Assembly (NCBI GenBank): GCA_951406725.2
Contig: OX597821.1
Coordinates: 9,982,001-10,046,000 of the forward strand
DNA length: 64,000 nucleotides
Source of the DNA: Octopus vulgaris
Lineage: Eukaryota
Direction: 5' to 3'
Below the pieces are notes generated by a model. That model was not told the origin of the DNA and ran no database searches. It saw nothing but the letters and a program-made list of their open reading frames with translations. Made by a program: the position numbers and the translations under genes. Each line of letters begins with the position of its first letter. Position 1 is the stretch's first letter. Shown piece after piece: positions 13,230 to 26,050 of this stretch.

Positions 13230-13890
13230 GTATGTACATGCTTGTGTGTTTGTATTTAGATGTGTGTTTGCTTAAAAGAGATAAGGGTGAGAGTAAATGA
13301 AGCGTGTGAGTTTGTGTGAGTGCATGAGTTTGTATCTGTGCACGCTTGATTACGTGAGTGATTGTGTGTGTACACCCACGTGACTATTTGTATCTGTGTT
13401 TGTGGGAGCGTGTGTGCCTGAGCCGTTCGTGACCTGTTTAAAGCGAGAACATTTTTCAAAGACAGCTCAGGTTCAGATCCACTGGGTTTTGCATATCATC
13501 TCGTAAAAAATTATGGTTGTATGGTGCATGTTCGTATGTAAGTAAGTGTGACTGTTTGAGTGTTTACTCATGTGCGCATGGATGCGTATCTTCGTGAGTG
13601 TCGGTGTGTACATCTGTGTATACGCTTATATGTGTGCATTCTTGTGCTTGTGTATGTATTATTGTGTAGCTATGTGTTCCCACTTGTGCGCGCGCGTGTG
13701 TTCGCCTGCGTGTCTGTGTATTTGTACGTCTGTATGCATGGTGTGTTTGTATGTGTTCGTTCATGTACGTGCGCGCGTACGTATGTGTGTGGATATGCAT
13801 GTGATTGTGTTTTCGTGTGCTTGCGCACTTGGGTTCACGAGTGAGCGCAGGTGTATGCATGCACGTATACATGTATATGTGTGTGGACGA
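13230..13890. repeat. degenerate (TG)n low-complexity tract
   Basis: Alternating purine-pyrimidine TG/CG/TA sequence; source of the spurious C/V-rich ORFs. Confidence 0.8.
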
Positions 13891-15499
13891 GCTCTTTAAA
13901 AATGAAATTCAATAAGAAGCTGCATGTATGGGTTCAATGAGCAGCCATAGGTTTCGGTGTGGCTGGGAACGAGGCCGGTTGCTTCATTACGAGGCGGGAC
14001 AGAAAACTTTGGCAATCCCCAAATGAACACTCTATATCTGTAACATTATAGCAGAGGAACCTGATAGGGTTATTCTAGCTAGCACACCTGGGACGATGGA
14101 GAGCATGTAGCACATAGCTAACTTCACTCATCAGAGTATTAAGGTTACGATAGATTACCCCAATAAGACCTCTAACAATATACTCCCTGTCTTTGACTAC
14201 AAACAAGTTTCATATCTTACATGCGTATTACCCGAAACTCATTGCCTCCAAATATTTTATAGTCAAGAACTAGGCTTTATCACGCAATGCGAATATGAAA
14301 GTACCAATGGCGGGCTTAAGAGAATGAAAAATGTGTCCCCATTGTGTGATGCCTATGAAATAAAAACATATACACAGATCTTTATGTATAACATGATTTT
14401 TCTGGCTACTACTACAGACATTGGATAATATCATATGTAAGGACCTCATTGGAAACCACACTAGATACAGGGGTAAAAAATGGGACAGACTACAGAATAT
14501 TTATGATAAAGCAAACACAGTAAACACATGGTAAGGCAAACAAAGCAACGGCAGATATATTTCAAAGGGTGATGTGTGTAGAAGTTACCCCTACAGGTTT
14601 AGGAAACCCTGAAGGATACAAAACTTAACACCAAGTTTGTTGAAACTGAACGTGGTCTACAGCATAAAGTGCATGAAGTGGAGGTTGTAAGAACCGGAAT
14701 ACATGTATTGAGAAGATCTCTAGAAGTTTAGTGATGAGGCTAAATTAACTTTGGTTGGAGTATAATGACAGTAAATAGTCGTCTGTACTCGCTCAGCATG
14801 CCGTAGATGAACATAGTGGCATGAGGAACTGATATGTTGTCTAAACCCACAAGAGATCCGAAACCTCAATAAATAAGTCTGTTCGCACAAATATAACATT
14901 ACTAATACTTAACAGAAAATATATAAACTAGGTAGTAGAACTAGAACTCCAATGCATGCAGGGGTTCATCTGCGTGGGTAGGGGATGCTTATATATGAGG
15001 TGCTATAGTGAAAAACACACACACGTGATAGTGTGTCTGTTTGTACCATCACCACCAACCACACACACGTGCGAGCGCACACACATCTATACACATATGT
15101 GTATATTGGGTAGCATTGGAACGACAACAAATTGCATGGAAACCCCATTACATACGATTTCTGTGCACGTCCACGCACATCCAGGCAAGCGTACAGGCGC
15201 TCATCTGTGGATAAAGGTGGATACAGATAAGGTATGAGAAGAATGACAGCAAGATTCGAGGAAATCCATACAAATCGAATATGTATACCTATGAACACTT
15301 CCAATGCACAAACATACACAACCATTCACGTCCACGACCACGCGGAGACAGACGCTCAGACTAACATGCACACGTAAACAAACATACACTCAGAAACACA
15401 GGAACACTCACGTACACACTCAAATTAACGCAGATGCTCTAAGGCACACGCACACACACATGAATCCAGTTCATAAGGAAATTATCCCTTTACCTATTT

Positions 15500-15726
15500 C
15501 TTTTTTACCCACAAGGGGCTAAACACAGAGGGGACAAACAAGGACAGACATAAGTATTAAGTCGATTACATCGACCCCAGTGCGTAACTGTTACTTAATT
15601 TATCGACCCCGAAAGGATGAAAGGCAAAGTCGACCTCGGCGGAATTTGAACTCACAACGTAACGGCAGACGAAATATGGCTGCGCATTTCGCCCGGCGTG
15701 CTAACGTTTCTGCCAGCTCGCCGCCT
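15500..15726 (-). mobile_element. tRNA-derived SINE family C (CORE-like), full length
   Basis: Reverse complement AGGCGGCGAGCTGGCAGAAACGTTAGCACGCCGGGCG..GTGAGTTCAAATTCCGCCGAGGTCGACTTTGCCTTTCATCCTTTCGGGGTCGATAAATTAAG; second copy at 16702. Confidence 0.85.
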
Positions 15727-15936
15727 TACAATTATCCCTATACCCATTAAACTTTACAGTGTGACAAGCGAATATCAATACACCTGAGATCAAACTAAGC
15801 TTGCACAAAAGTCCGAACATTAAACATTTCTTGGATGTCGCATGCATACACACCCACCAACAGATAACCACGCATAGAAGTAGAATGCATGCGTACACCC
15901 TCCCCAACACACAAACGTTTCGTGTAATCTCTTTTT

Positions 15937-16143
15937 CACGAAAGGCTGTTGAAAATTTCCTGGCTTTTGGTAAAAGAGAATAAAAGAGGATCAGATAATT
16001 ATGATTTTATAAAAAGAACAAAATATCTCCTCTCAATTTTACATATAATTGTTGAGGTCCTTCGGTTTTTCTAAGCCCTCTTAAAAAACTCGGAAGGTTC
16101 GGTGTTACCCTGAAAACCAGGGACTTTTCAGCAATCTCTCGTA
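15937..16143. mobile_element. mariner-type non-autonomous element (MITE)
   Basis: Imperfect terminal inverted repeats CACGAAAGGCTGTTGAAAATTTCCTGG / CCAGGGACTTTTCAGCAATCTCTCGTA; related left end at 19803-19912. Confidence 0.6.
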
Positions 16144-16666
16144 TCTACTTTTTTAAGCAAAAACACAACTATAAGCTCACATACAAGCATACATACACAC
16201 AGACATAATCCAATTCTTCAACAGACGCAGATTAGACCTTGGGGAGCGAGAGAGAGAGAGAGAGAGAGAGAAGGGGGAGAGGGAGAGAGAGGGGCCACGG
16301 AGAAGATCCCACGCAGCGACGAAAGAAATTGGAATGACAAATATACGAATGAAAGTTGAATCATCACGCTAAACAAACGAGTGATTAGTTAGATGTTAAA
16401 ATATTTAACCAAATGACTAACAATACAGGAGAAATATTGAAACAGATTTTGGGTTATTATTAGCATTGGAGTTTTGACTCACCCACGACACAGAAAGGCT
16501 TGTTTCAAAACACCAATTCCCATTACGAATCTCAAAAACCACATACAAAATTGAAGTATACATATATTAATTTTCCCATATAAGAGAACTCAGGTTTAGA
16601 AAGAACGAGAACATAAAACACAAATAAGTAACTTTGAACACCACTTATCATCTAACGTGTGTGTAC

Positions 16667-16701
<35 letters not shown>

Positions 16702-16703
<2 letters not shown>

Positions 16704-16898
16704 CTTTACTACCCACAACGAGCTAAACAAAGAGGGAACAAACAAGGACAGACAAACGGATTAAGTCGATTACATCGACCCCAGTGCGTAACTGGTACTT
16801 AATTTACCGACGCCGAAAGGATGAAAGGCAAAGTCAACCTCGGTGGAATTTGAACTCAGAACGTAACGGCTGACGAAATATGGCTACGCATTTCGCCG
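16702..16898 (-). mobile_element. SINE family C, 5'-truncated
   Basis: Closely matches 15500-15695. Confidence 0.85.
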
Positions 16899-16916
16899 GA
16901 AAAATCATACAGGAAT

Positions 16917-17192
16917 TCATGATATTTTAGCGAGTGAAATGTAACCGAATTTTGTCAAAATCAGCTGACAGTTATGCTGATGAACCAGCTTATCCTCGTC
17001 AAAGAGATACTCAAATAATTCTGACGGTGTGATTAATTTACACGAGGCAAGATGAGGACAATATTCAGTGATTGTTGGAGCCCTCAATATAAATTCCAAG
17101 GTCGTTTCAGCCGATGGACATATCCCGAAAGCATGCCTCAGGGTATTGAAAGGATGCTGAATTATTCCTGAAGAACAGGTGGTTTTATACAA
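16917..17192 (-). pseudogene. possible piggyBac-like transposase fragment
   Basis: ITPSELFEYLFDED resembles the N-terminal 'xPxELFxxFFDD' motif of piggyBac transposases; short and degraded. Confidence 0.35.
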
Positions 17193-17211
17193 TTGGCATG
17201 CAAAGAAAATG

Positions 17212-17253
<42 letters not shown>

Positions 17254-17258
17254 ATATA

Positions 17259-18863
17259 CAGTTGCGAGCAAAATGTTCAGAACGGCATTGTTTTCGCCAG
17301 AAAAGTAGGTATAAGTTTTTATCAAAACTTTAATTACACGATAATTACAATATTAATTATTATTGTCTGAGATTTTGGTGTAATTTGAGGGGATAATACA
17401 AAAGTTATGGATGATTTAGTGATCTTCTGCCAAACCCATGCCGGCCAAAATGATCAGAACGGTTGCTTTTACTCTGTGTTTTAGTATATTTAACTGGCGA
17501 TCTCTAATGTTTTGAATTTGTTTACGTGATGGTTCGTTTGCTAAGCATTAGTAAGAATATCTGCAGTGCACCTTGTTAATATAATGCCATTTACTCCGTT
17601 ACCAATTCGTCAGCAGATTATTAAGCTTCGAAAGAAAGATAATTTAAGTATTGGGTATATTGCAAAGATTGTTAACAAGTCAAAAAGTATTGTTCACGGT
17701 ATTCTTAAGGTCTTCGATGATTGTGGTTCATGTAAAGCAAGAAAATCTACAGATAGGCCAAGAAAAACGACCAAGAAAGAAGATCGTGCTATGGCAAAGT
17801 TGGTTAAAAAGGACAGATTTAAAACTGTTGCTGCTGCTGTTTCTCGGGAAATGAGCATTATACTGAAGAAAACGTTATCTCGAAAAACTGACTCTCATCG
17901 TTTAGTTGAACATAACCTACAAGCAAGATCACCTGCAGTGAAGCCACTGATCAGCTCCAAAAATAAAAAGTGTCGTCTTACCTTTGCAACCGAACATGTG
18001 TTGTGGTCTCAAGAAAGATGACAAACGGTGCATTTCAGTGATGAATCTAAGTTTATGTTATTTGGCTCAGATGGGAAAAGTAGGTGAAAAGTAAGTGAAA
18101 AATTGTCGCCTAAATGCCTTAAGACTAGTGTTAAATTCGGTGGAGGAAGTGTCATGGTTTGGGGAATGATATCTGGAGATGGTGGGGGCTCTTTGGTGCG
18201 ATTACATGGAAAGGTAAATGCAGGAGTTCATAAACAACTTGTAAAAGATCATGCCTTGCCTGTGCTGAGAAATTCAACTAAGCAACCACCCATATTCATG
18301 CAGGACAATGCCCCATGTCACAAGGCTAAGGTGGTCATGAACTTCCTCAAGGCTGAAAAGGTTATTGTTATGGATTGGCCTGCTCAAAGCCCAGATCTCA
18401 ATCATATTGAAATTGTGTGGAATATTCTAGAAGAACGTTTGAAAGCCAGAAATCCTAAAACAACCGAGCAATTATGGAATGCCCTTCAGGAAGAATGGAA
18501 TAAGATCACCTAGCAAGAAATTGAAAATTTAATTTCCTCATGCAGTCGAAGATGTCAAAGTGTGATTGAAGCTAAAGGGCTTCACACTAAATATTAAATA
18601 ATTCCAGTATTCTCCGTCATTTTTGATTATTTTATTTTTCAACAGTTCTGATCATTTTGGCCGCCATGGGTTTTGCAGTAAATCACTAAATCATCCATAA
18701 CTTTTGTATTATCCTCTCAAATTACACCAAAATCTCAGACAATAATAATTAATATCGTATTTATTGTCTGGGAAAGTTATTGAAAATAAAACAACTTTGA
18801 TAAAAAATTATATCTACTTTTCTGGCGAAAACAATGCCGTTCTGAACATTTTGGTCGCAACTG
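17259..18863 (+). mobile_element. full-length Tc1 (DD34E) transposon with long IR/DR-type inverted repeats
   Basis: TIRs 17259-17460 and 18645-18863 starting CAGTTGCG, TA flanks; each TIR carries two direct repeats CAAAATG(T/A)TCAGAAC. Confidence 0.95.
17584..18597 (+). pseudogene. Tc1 transposase pseudogene
   Basis: HTH region (IAKIVNKSKSIV..RPRKTT), FSDES, KFGGGSVMVWG, QDNAPCH..WPAQSPDLNHIE (34 residues between D and E); stops at 18019 and 18511 and a frameshift near 18080. Confidence 0.95.
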
Positions 18864-20021
18864 TATATATATATATATATATATATAGTGCCTAGCTAGG
18901 CGACGTAATAATAATTATAACCAGTAAAAGAACAATAATACGATAAAAGATGTGGAAAACAACTAGAATAATGTGTGTGTATGCGTATATGTATGTGTGT
19001 AAATACAGGAAATATTTACGTGCGTCTATATGCGTATAAAAGTAAAGGAGGATATGTAATGATTTTTGCGAGTCATATTTCTATATATTTATTTGCCAAG
19101 ACATCTAATTAGAATAAGACGAAAGAATACTTGATATTCAGATTAGATGATAAAAAGTTCAATTGTAAGTAAGAAAGAAAATTATAATTAATGTCAATTA
19201 AGAATACAGAGTTGTATTAAATCAATAAATTCACAAGAAATCAAATAATAACTCAAATAAAGAATAAAATGCATATATAAGTATACATAAATATTTAAAA
19301 AAACCAATGTGTAATTCTTACTCCCTAGAGTTTTAATATTCATCATTTCAGCTGTTTTCTGGTACTGTTACTGTCATTATGCTATTATATTCAACTTGAA
19401 ATTTATTCATATCTATGTTTTCCATTGAATACTTTTGAAACATTCATTGAATTCACGTCTAAAGTGAATAAGAATATTGTTGTATTAATAAAATATGTAT
19501 AGTTTTTACTATTTAACATTTATTAATGTACCAAGCAGACAATCATCTTTCATATTGGTAAAACATTCTCGAATATTGCACGCGTAGGACACATTTAGGT
19601 GTCACTTCCAACACCTAGATTTCTGACACAGGAACGAGGTTCATTTCATTTGTTTTGCATGTATGAAGAAATTACTGAGTAAATACAAACTTAATAAACT
19701 ATTTGCTGAGGTGATCTACATGTGTACATATACGTAGATTAGTTTCTTAATATATATATATATTTATACGTAATTTTGTATATATAAATTTCTATGACGA
19801 TATATGAAGTGGTGCTGAAATGGTCGTGACTTTGGGTAAAAGAAAATACAGGAGGATCAGTGAATTATGATTTTATCCAAATTATCTCCCTCTCAGATAT
19901 ATACACTTATTAATCATGTATATTCACATATACATGTTTAATTGTGTGTGTGTGTGTATATATATACATGCAATTGTGATGTAGATAAATATTTGAAATT
20001 AAGGTAGCGAGCTAGCTGAAT

Positions 20022-20190
20022 GAGTTTTGTGTCGGACAAAATTCTTAGTATCTTTTCATTTCTCTTTATATTTTCAGTTAAAACTACTACGTGGACAGCT
20101 TCCACGTTCGTCTTCTAGGTATCGCGTTAAATTAAGTTGACCATTCGGGTGGATGTAATCAGCGAGTGCCTCCCATAAATCTTCAGACTG
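20022..20190 (+). mobile_element. degraded SINE family C
   Basis: AGGTAGCGAGCTAGCTGAAT..TCGGACAAAATTCTTAG head; GGATGTAATC in body. Confidence 0.5.
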
Positions 20191-20362
20191 CAAATAAGTA
20201 TTTATCCAGCGTTGTTCGGGATTAAAATGGCGTAGTTTTTCATTGTTTTCAGTTCCACATTTCTCCTAAAACGGACAGGTCAGTTTTAGCTTCACCTCTA
20301 TTATAATGTAAATATTTTTCAACTCAAAATATTCTGTACGTGTATACTGTACTTTTTTGATA

Positions 20363-20706
20363 ATTCCTCCTGGAATTTATCTTGAGATGTATAATATATT
20401 TGTTGTAATCTTTTGTGCCCATTATTTCAATGAGCTTGTTAAACATTTTTATATTCTCAACATACTCTTGTCACCAAAGAATGTATATTTATATGTATTT
20501 TAGTACTCTGTGTCAACCAATATTCTGTGCATGTTTGAATATACAGATACAACACCAATACCAATATCAATTCCTTCTGGAAACTATCTTAAGCATGTCC
20601 TTGAGAACGATTATTTATGTTGTAATCTTCTGTGCCCAATATTTTAAGGAACTTGTTGAACTTTGTTATGTCCTTAACATGACCCTGTCACCAAAGACTA
20701 TATATA
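20363..20706. repeat. diverged direct duplication (~215-bp period)
   Basis: TTCC.(C/T)CTGGAA..TATCTT.AG and GTTGTAATCTT.TGTGCCCA..TGTCACCAAAGA each occur twice. Confidence 0.75.
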
Positions 20707-20893
20707 CGTAATGTAGCAATTTGCAACAACCAATAATTAACGCAACCAAACTTCTACACGTTACTTTTGATAATCTTTTTCCAAAGAGTGAAACCGGTAA
20801 AGTAAATACACATCTTTTAAATTGCATTTTCAAACCTTCTTTCGTATATAATTCCACTCGTGCGGTACCCCACAACTCCACTTTGTTATGTAT

Positions 20894-20969
<76 letters not shown>

Positions 20970-21089
20970 ATATATGTATATATATGTATATATATATATA
21001 TATATGTGTGTGTGTATATATATACGTATGTGTATATATATATACACATAAATACATACATACGTACATACATACATTTATGCATACAT

Positions 21090-21485
21090 GACTGCTTGGT
21101 TTAGAAGCTTATTTGCTAACCACATAGACCTCGGCTCTGTCCCACTGCGCAGCACCTTGGGCCAGTGCCTTCTACTATAGCTTCAGGCCAACCAAAGCCT
21201 TGTGAGTCGATTTGGGAGGCGGAAACTGATAGAAGTCCGTCTTATATATGTGTGTGTGTGTACGCGCATTTGTTTGTGCGCATGCATGTACCCCATCACC
21301 GTTTGACAACCGGTTGGTTTTTTTACATCCACAAAACCTTGCTGTTCGGCAAAAATAACAATAGAATGAGTACGAGTCTTAAAAAAAAGATACGTCTTGG
21401 CGTTGATTGGGTCGACTATAAACACTTTAAGACTCCAGCATGGCCACAGCCAAATAACCGAAACAAGAACGATAATAAAAGAATA
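21090..21485 (+). mobile_element. degraded SINE family A
   Basis: GTCCCACTGCGCAGCACCTTGGGC..ACCAAAGCCTTGTGAGT..CTCCAGCATGGCCACAG. Confidence 0.8.
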
Positions 21486-22208
21486 GAAGTATATATACAC
21501 ACATATAGTTTGCAAATAATGAGTATTTACTAGACACTTTTCGCGCAACAGGCACAAATGTACATGATAAGAGACATCATTAACATTTGCTGCACAATCT
21601 CCTGAAGAACATTTTTTCTCCTATTGACAGGTGGAAATAATATTTTCACCTTCTCAGTTTTCAATCGCTAATTTCAATTTTTACCCCGTACATGTGTTCC
21701 GCTTCAAGCAAGAAATACATGCAACGCATACTAATAAATAGGCTAACTTTGATTATATTCCACCTATCAGCAAATTCAATATAATATCTTATAGAATAGC
21801 GTGGAAGCAGAGTAATTTTGTAGTTGAATAAGTGTACATGTATATATTAGTATCTGTATGCAAAAATTTATTGGTATGCATATATTATTTTGGTTTATAT
21901 ACTTTATCTCTACTGGGGAGTGCAAAGTAATCGTTATTACAGATCTTGAAATCTTAAGGCATCGGATTATCCAAAATTGGTAAGTCGTCTTGCTCATTAC
22001 TTTGCATTTGAACTTGGGTTATAATTAGAGGAAATATTTAGAGCAGATTGTGTGCATTTGACATATATTTCTAGAGTACAAGATCTGACATATTCAGTGC
22101 ACTCAATTTTAATTATATTTTTATAATTATATACTAAATATATATATACATACATATGTATACATACACACAAAAATAAACATACTCACACACACACACA
22201 CGCTCACA

Positions 22209-23130
22209 TCTAGCTATATAATAAAGATGAACGTCTGTGTGTGTGTGTGTGTGTGAAAGAGAGAGAGAGAGAGAAAGAGAGAGTGTCCATCTCTATTAAG
22301 AAAGGCTAAAGCACCTATATAAAATATATACGTAATTCCTATGTACGATTTTACATCAAATACAATGAAATTGGTCCGATGTCTCTATGTGCCATCCGAA
22401 GGGAGCTACGGGTCTTTTTCCAACATGTTCGACAACCCCAGTTCCGAACTAAATGACTGGTCTAAGGGTTATATATAAACGTACTATACTTTTTTGAACT
22501 TAAGTATTGCAGCAAACAATAATACAAATAGATTTTCTTACAAAAATATAGTATGATGTTTACAATGTTCATGCGAAAGACCAATCATGAGAACAAAGAA
22601 TATTATTGAAAATAATTTAGATGAATATTTTGAGTAAATTTAACCAGAAACCTATAAACTTTGTTGTTTACGACACAGGAATTGTCAATTATCAGGTTCA
22701 GTTTTTAAACTCACTGGAGCCACAAGGAGCTCCTCGTCATTGCTTTCCATTGAAAATCGACGCTCCAATCATGTTTCTGCAGATCTAGAATTGTTGTGAA
22801 GATAATAACGAGAAATGCCATAGATTCCCAAAAAAATTTCCGTCTGTGGAAAAAGGCGAATATGCTTTTATTCCTCGCTTATCGCTAATAACTTCCAAAA
22901 ACATTTCAAAATGAAACGACTTCAATTGTCTTTCTTTTGCGATATACATTAATTAGTCTCAAGATCAGACTTTGAAAGTTACTGCTTTGCAATTAGAGAA
23001 GGCATATTTTTCACACAGTCAGTTATATGCTGGTGCTCGAGAATAGGGAAGATGGACAATATCTTCATTTTCGCCCCAGCTGGTAAAACCCGAAGCTTTG
23101 TCTATAACTAAAATTTGCAGAATGAATGAT
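22209..23130 (+). mobile_element. non-autonomous Helitron remnant with PIF1-helicase C-terminal fragments
   Basis: 5' TCTAGCTATATAATAAAG; translated patches FLNSLEPQGAPRH..LKIDAPIMFL, FKMKRLQ, SQDQTLKV, FSHSQLYA typical of Helitron helicase. Confidence 0.7.
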
Positions 23131-23361
23131 AACGTTGAACTGATATTATCAACGTCACATTATATTCGTCTAAACAAAGCTATTTGTATTTTGCTTGTTG
23201 TAATACTTAAGTTCCATAAATTATAGTACATATACTTTTAGTTTTCTCCCGAACACATATTTACTTATCTTGTACTACACATAAGCCGAGTTACGTGCGA
23301 TGTTTGCTTCATTTATAAACTGAAATACAAGACACCATACATCAGAATTTTATATGCACAA

Positions 23362-23465
23362 GCCTGTAGAATTCTTTACCGTTAGAGAAGCTAAACGATA
23401 TGCAGCAACAATTGATTACATCAGCATCAAAAGAAAGGATGTAGTGCTAGAAACAGATGATATGG
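23362..23465 (+). mobile_element. short fragment of the CR1-like LINE family
   Basis: PVEFFTVREAKRYAATIDYISIKRKDVVLETDDM aligns with PVEFFTATEAERDAKTTDYINIKENDVMLAIDDM at ~8040-8140 (-). Confidence 0.75.
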
Positions 23466-23871
23466 GCGTATTCTATATATACGTATATATTCGAACTTTT
23501 AAGACTGGGTCCAATTGTGTCGGATATGGGGATATTTCTGCAGATAAACACTTTGAATTTAACTAACATTGGATCAACTGAAAAACGATGTGTGTCAACA
23601 TGTAATATCGTTTTTTAACATGTATGTTTTTTTCAATTGAATACCGTTTTATATCTAATTACGTTGATTCAAAAGAATCAATTTAGAGATGCGTTTTTAT
23701 CTATCCATATTTTTTGTTCTCTATTGCTGTGAATTTTTCAAAATTCTTCTAGGTGTTATTTCAATCTACTTGTCATACATGAGGAACGTTAGATATAGTT
23801 AACCAAATTAATTTAAAACTGAGGGCTTTTTTGAAATCTGCCTATATATTTTAACTCATTTTTTCTTATTT

Positions 23872-23964
<93 letters not shown>

Positions 23965-24163
23965 AATAAGAAATTGGAGGGGATCAATAGGTGGTTCATC
24001 AACTTTTAGACATTATATTATTTTATGTCAATTTATTTATTTATTTATTTACTAAAATAACAATTACAAGAATATACATACATGTATAACATATTATGCT
24101 TTACCTATAAAATATATAATGATACCAGTAATTATTAAAATATAACATACGGGAATATAAATT

Positions 24164-24435
24164 GGGAAAATATCTTACAGCTGTTTCAGTCAAGAGGCAA
24201 AAATACCTCATTCTACTGTTATTCCTCCAGTAGACTGAAGTAATTAGTAGATGAAATTGAGGTACTTGTGTGTTCCTCTAAGTCTTGTCAGAGATTTTGG
24301 AAAGTACCTGACGTATCCTAGATAAACACCCAAGTACCTCCATTTCATCTACTAATTACTTCAGTCGACTGGAACAATAATGGTAGATTGAGATATCTTT
24401 GCCTCTTGGTTGAAACAGCTGCAAGATATTTCCCC
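24164..24435. repeat. long hairpin containing two degenerate hammerhead copies
   Basis: 24164-24274 is reverse-complementary to 24325-24435; both arms end GAAAC-AGCT-G(T/C)A-AGATATTT, with CTGACAA/CTGACGT near the apex. Confidence 0.8.
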
Positions 24436-24723
24436 AGAAAGAACAATAACCCAACAACCGGTCCTTGGGTGCAAGGTTGTGCTTGGTGGTGGTACGGTTC
24501 TCCTCTGTTCGAAAATATAAGGATACAGAATGTCTTTGTGTCATATAACCAGTTGAAAATCATGTTTCCTGGGGCTAAATAATAGTGACATTCGTCCCAT
24601 CCTGGGAGTTCCATATTACGTTGGAAAAAGTCATTGCTTCATGGTGCTGTTACTGTAAATCTCTCTTTGGAAGATGTAGAAATAATATTTCAAATATATA
24701 TATATATATATCCGCTCTATGCA

Positions 24724-24903
24724 AAATCTACAATGGTTCCGTAACTCCTGCCTCGGCTATAATCGTGACGACCTGGTAATTCGTTACATATTTCACATAT
24801 ACAGGTGATCTAAACGACTAGATACGCTGGGTAAATGCTGTAACGGATTACCAGGGTTCTAAGTTTATAACCAAGACATGGGTTTTTGAACCACTGTAGA
24901 TTT
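24724..24903. repeat. diverged ~70-bp inverted repeat (MITE-like)
   Basis: AAATCTACAATGGTTC..CCTGGTAATTCGTTACA pairs with TGTAACGGATTACCAGG..GAACCACTGTAGATTT. Confidence 0.65.
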
Positions 24904-25514
24904 CCGATATAGCGGATATATAATTGATCATATATGAGGAATAAAATGGTATGTCAAGACTTATGATTCATTACTTTTCACCACTAGCATTCATTACAGA
25001 TCTTGGTTATCTTGTTTATGTCTGACTTACAAATTTTGATTATAAAGTTAAGGCGTCCACTAATAAGTTGTTATGCGCCAAAGAGCACTTTTCACGCTCT
25101 ACTTTTCAGGAACGTGATACGAATGAATGCACATAAAATTATTTTGCTGCCAATTTACTAATCTGGATTTTGAAAGGCAAAGTATGCATTAGCTAGTGAT
25201 TTTTTAGTAGATTTTAGATTTTTGTTGCTTTCGATGCAGGGAAACAGTAGTTTCCGTTCTGATTAAGTTTTTATTTATAAGTTTTCAATTGTTGTACGTA
25301 ATATTTCATTAAACAATTTTGAAATGCATACCTAGATCCATGCATACATACACACAGACACACCCGTTCACGTATATTTGCACACATCTTTCCCTCTCTG
25401 TCTGGCAGTCTCCCTGTCTCTCTGTATATATATATATATTTGTATATATATATATATAAATATATATATATATGTGTGTGTGTGTGTAGGTGCGTGTTTA
25501 TGGCGCTCTCTCTT

Positions 25515-25546
<32 letters not shown>

Positions 25547-25673
25547 GAGAGAGAGAGTGAGAGCTAGAGAGAGAGAGAAATAGGCATGCGTGTATATATA
25601 TATATATGTGTGTGTGTGTATGTGTGTGTATAAAGTAATAAACTAAGGATTTTTAAAGTTATATTATATTCAT

Positions 25674-25944
25674 AGTACATATGGCGTAGTGGTTAAGAGC
25701 GCTGGCTACTAACCCCAAGATTCCGAGTTCGATTCTAGGCAATGACTTGAATAATGATAATAATGATAAAGATAATAATAATAATGATAACAATAGTGAT
25801 GATGATAATAATAATAATAATAATAATAACAACAACAACATTGAAAAATACATTAGGAATGAAATACCAAATTCGAAACTTCCCCAAGACACTTGATGAA
25901 ACAAACACGAGGACAAAAATCGGTCAAATGTAAATAATGTAAAT
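25674..25944 (+). mobile_element. SINE family D: tRNA head + (AAT)n + Penelope-like tail
   Basis: A box TGGCGTAGTGG, B box GTTCGATTC, loop CTACTAA, then (AAT)n/(AAC)n, then tail shared with 6350-6496 (CCCCAAGACAC.TGATGAA..GAGGACAAA..GTAAATAATGTAAA). Confidence 0.8.
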
Positions 25945-26001
25945 TATCGGATTGTTAATTGAATCCCTCTATTAAATTTATTGTTTATATTTGTGTATAC
26001 A

Positions 26002-26050
<49 letters not shown>

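Noticed and set aside
13900-14900. Possible LTR/DIRS remnant
   Set aside because: GC-richer and TE-like, but no readable protein motif or terminal repeat.
25674-25748. tRNA gene with ACT anticodon
   Set aside because: Acceptor and anticodon stems do not pair well, and it runs into (AAT)n plus a repeated tail; it is a SINE head.
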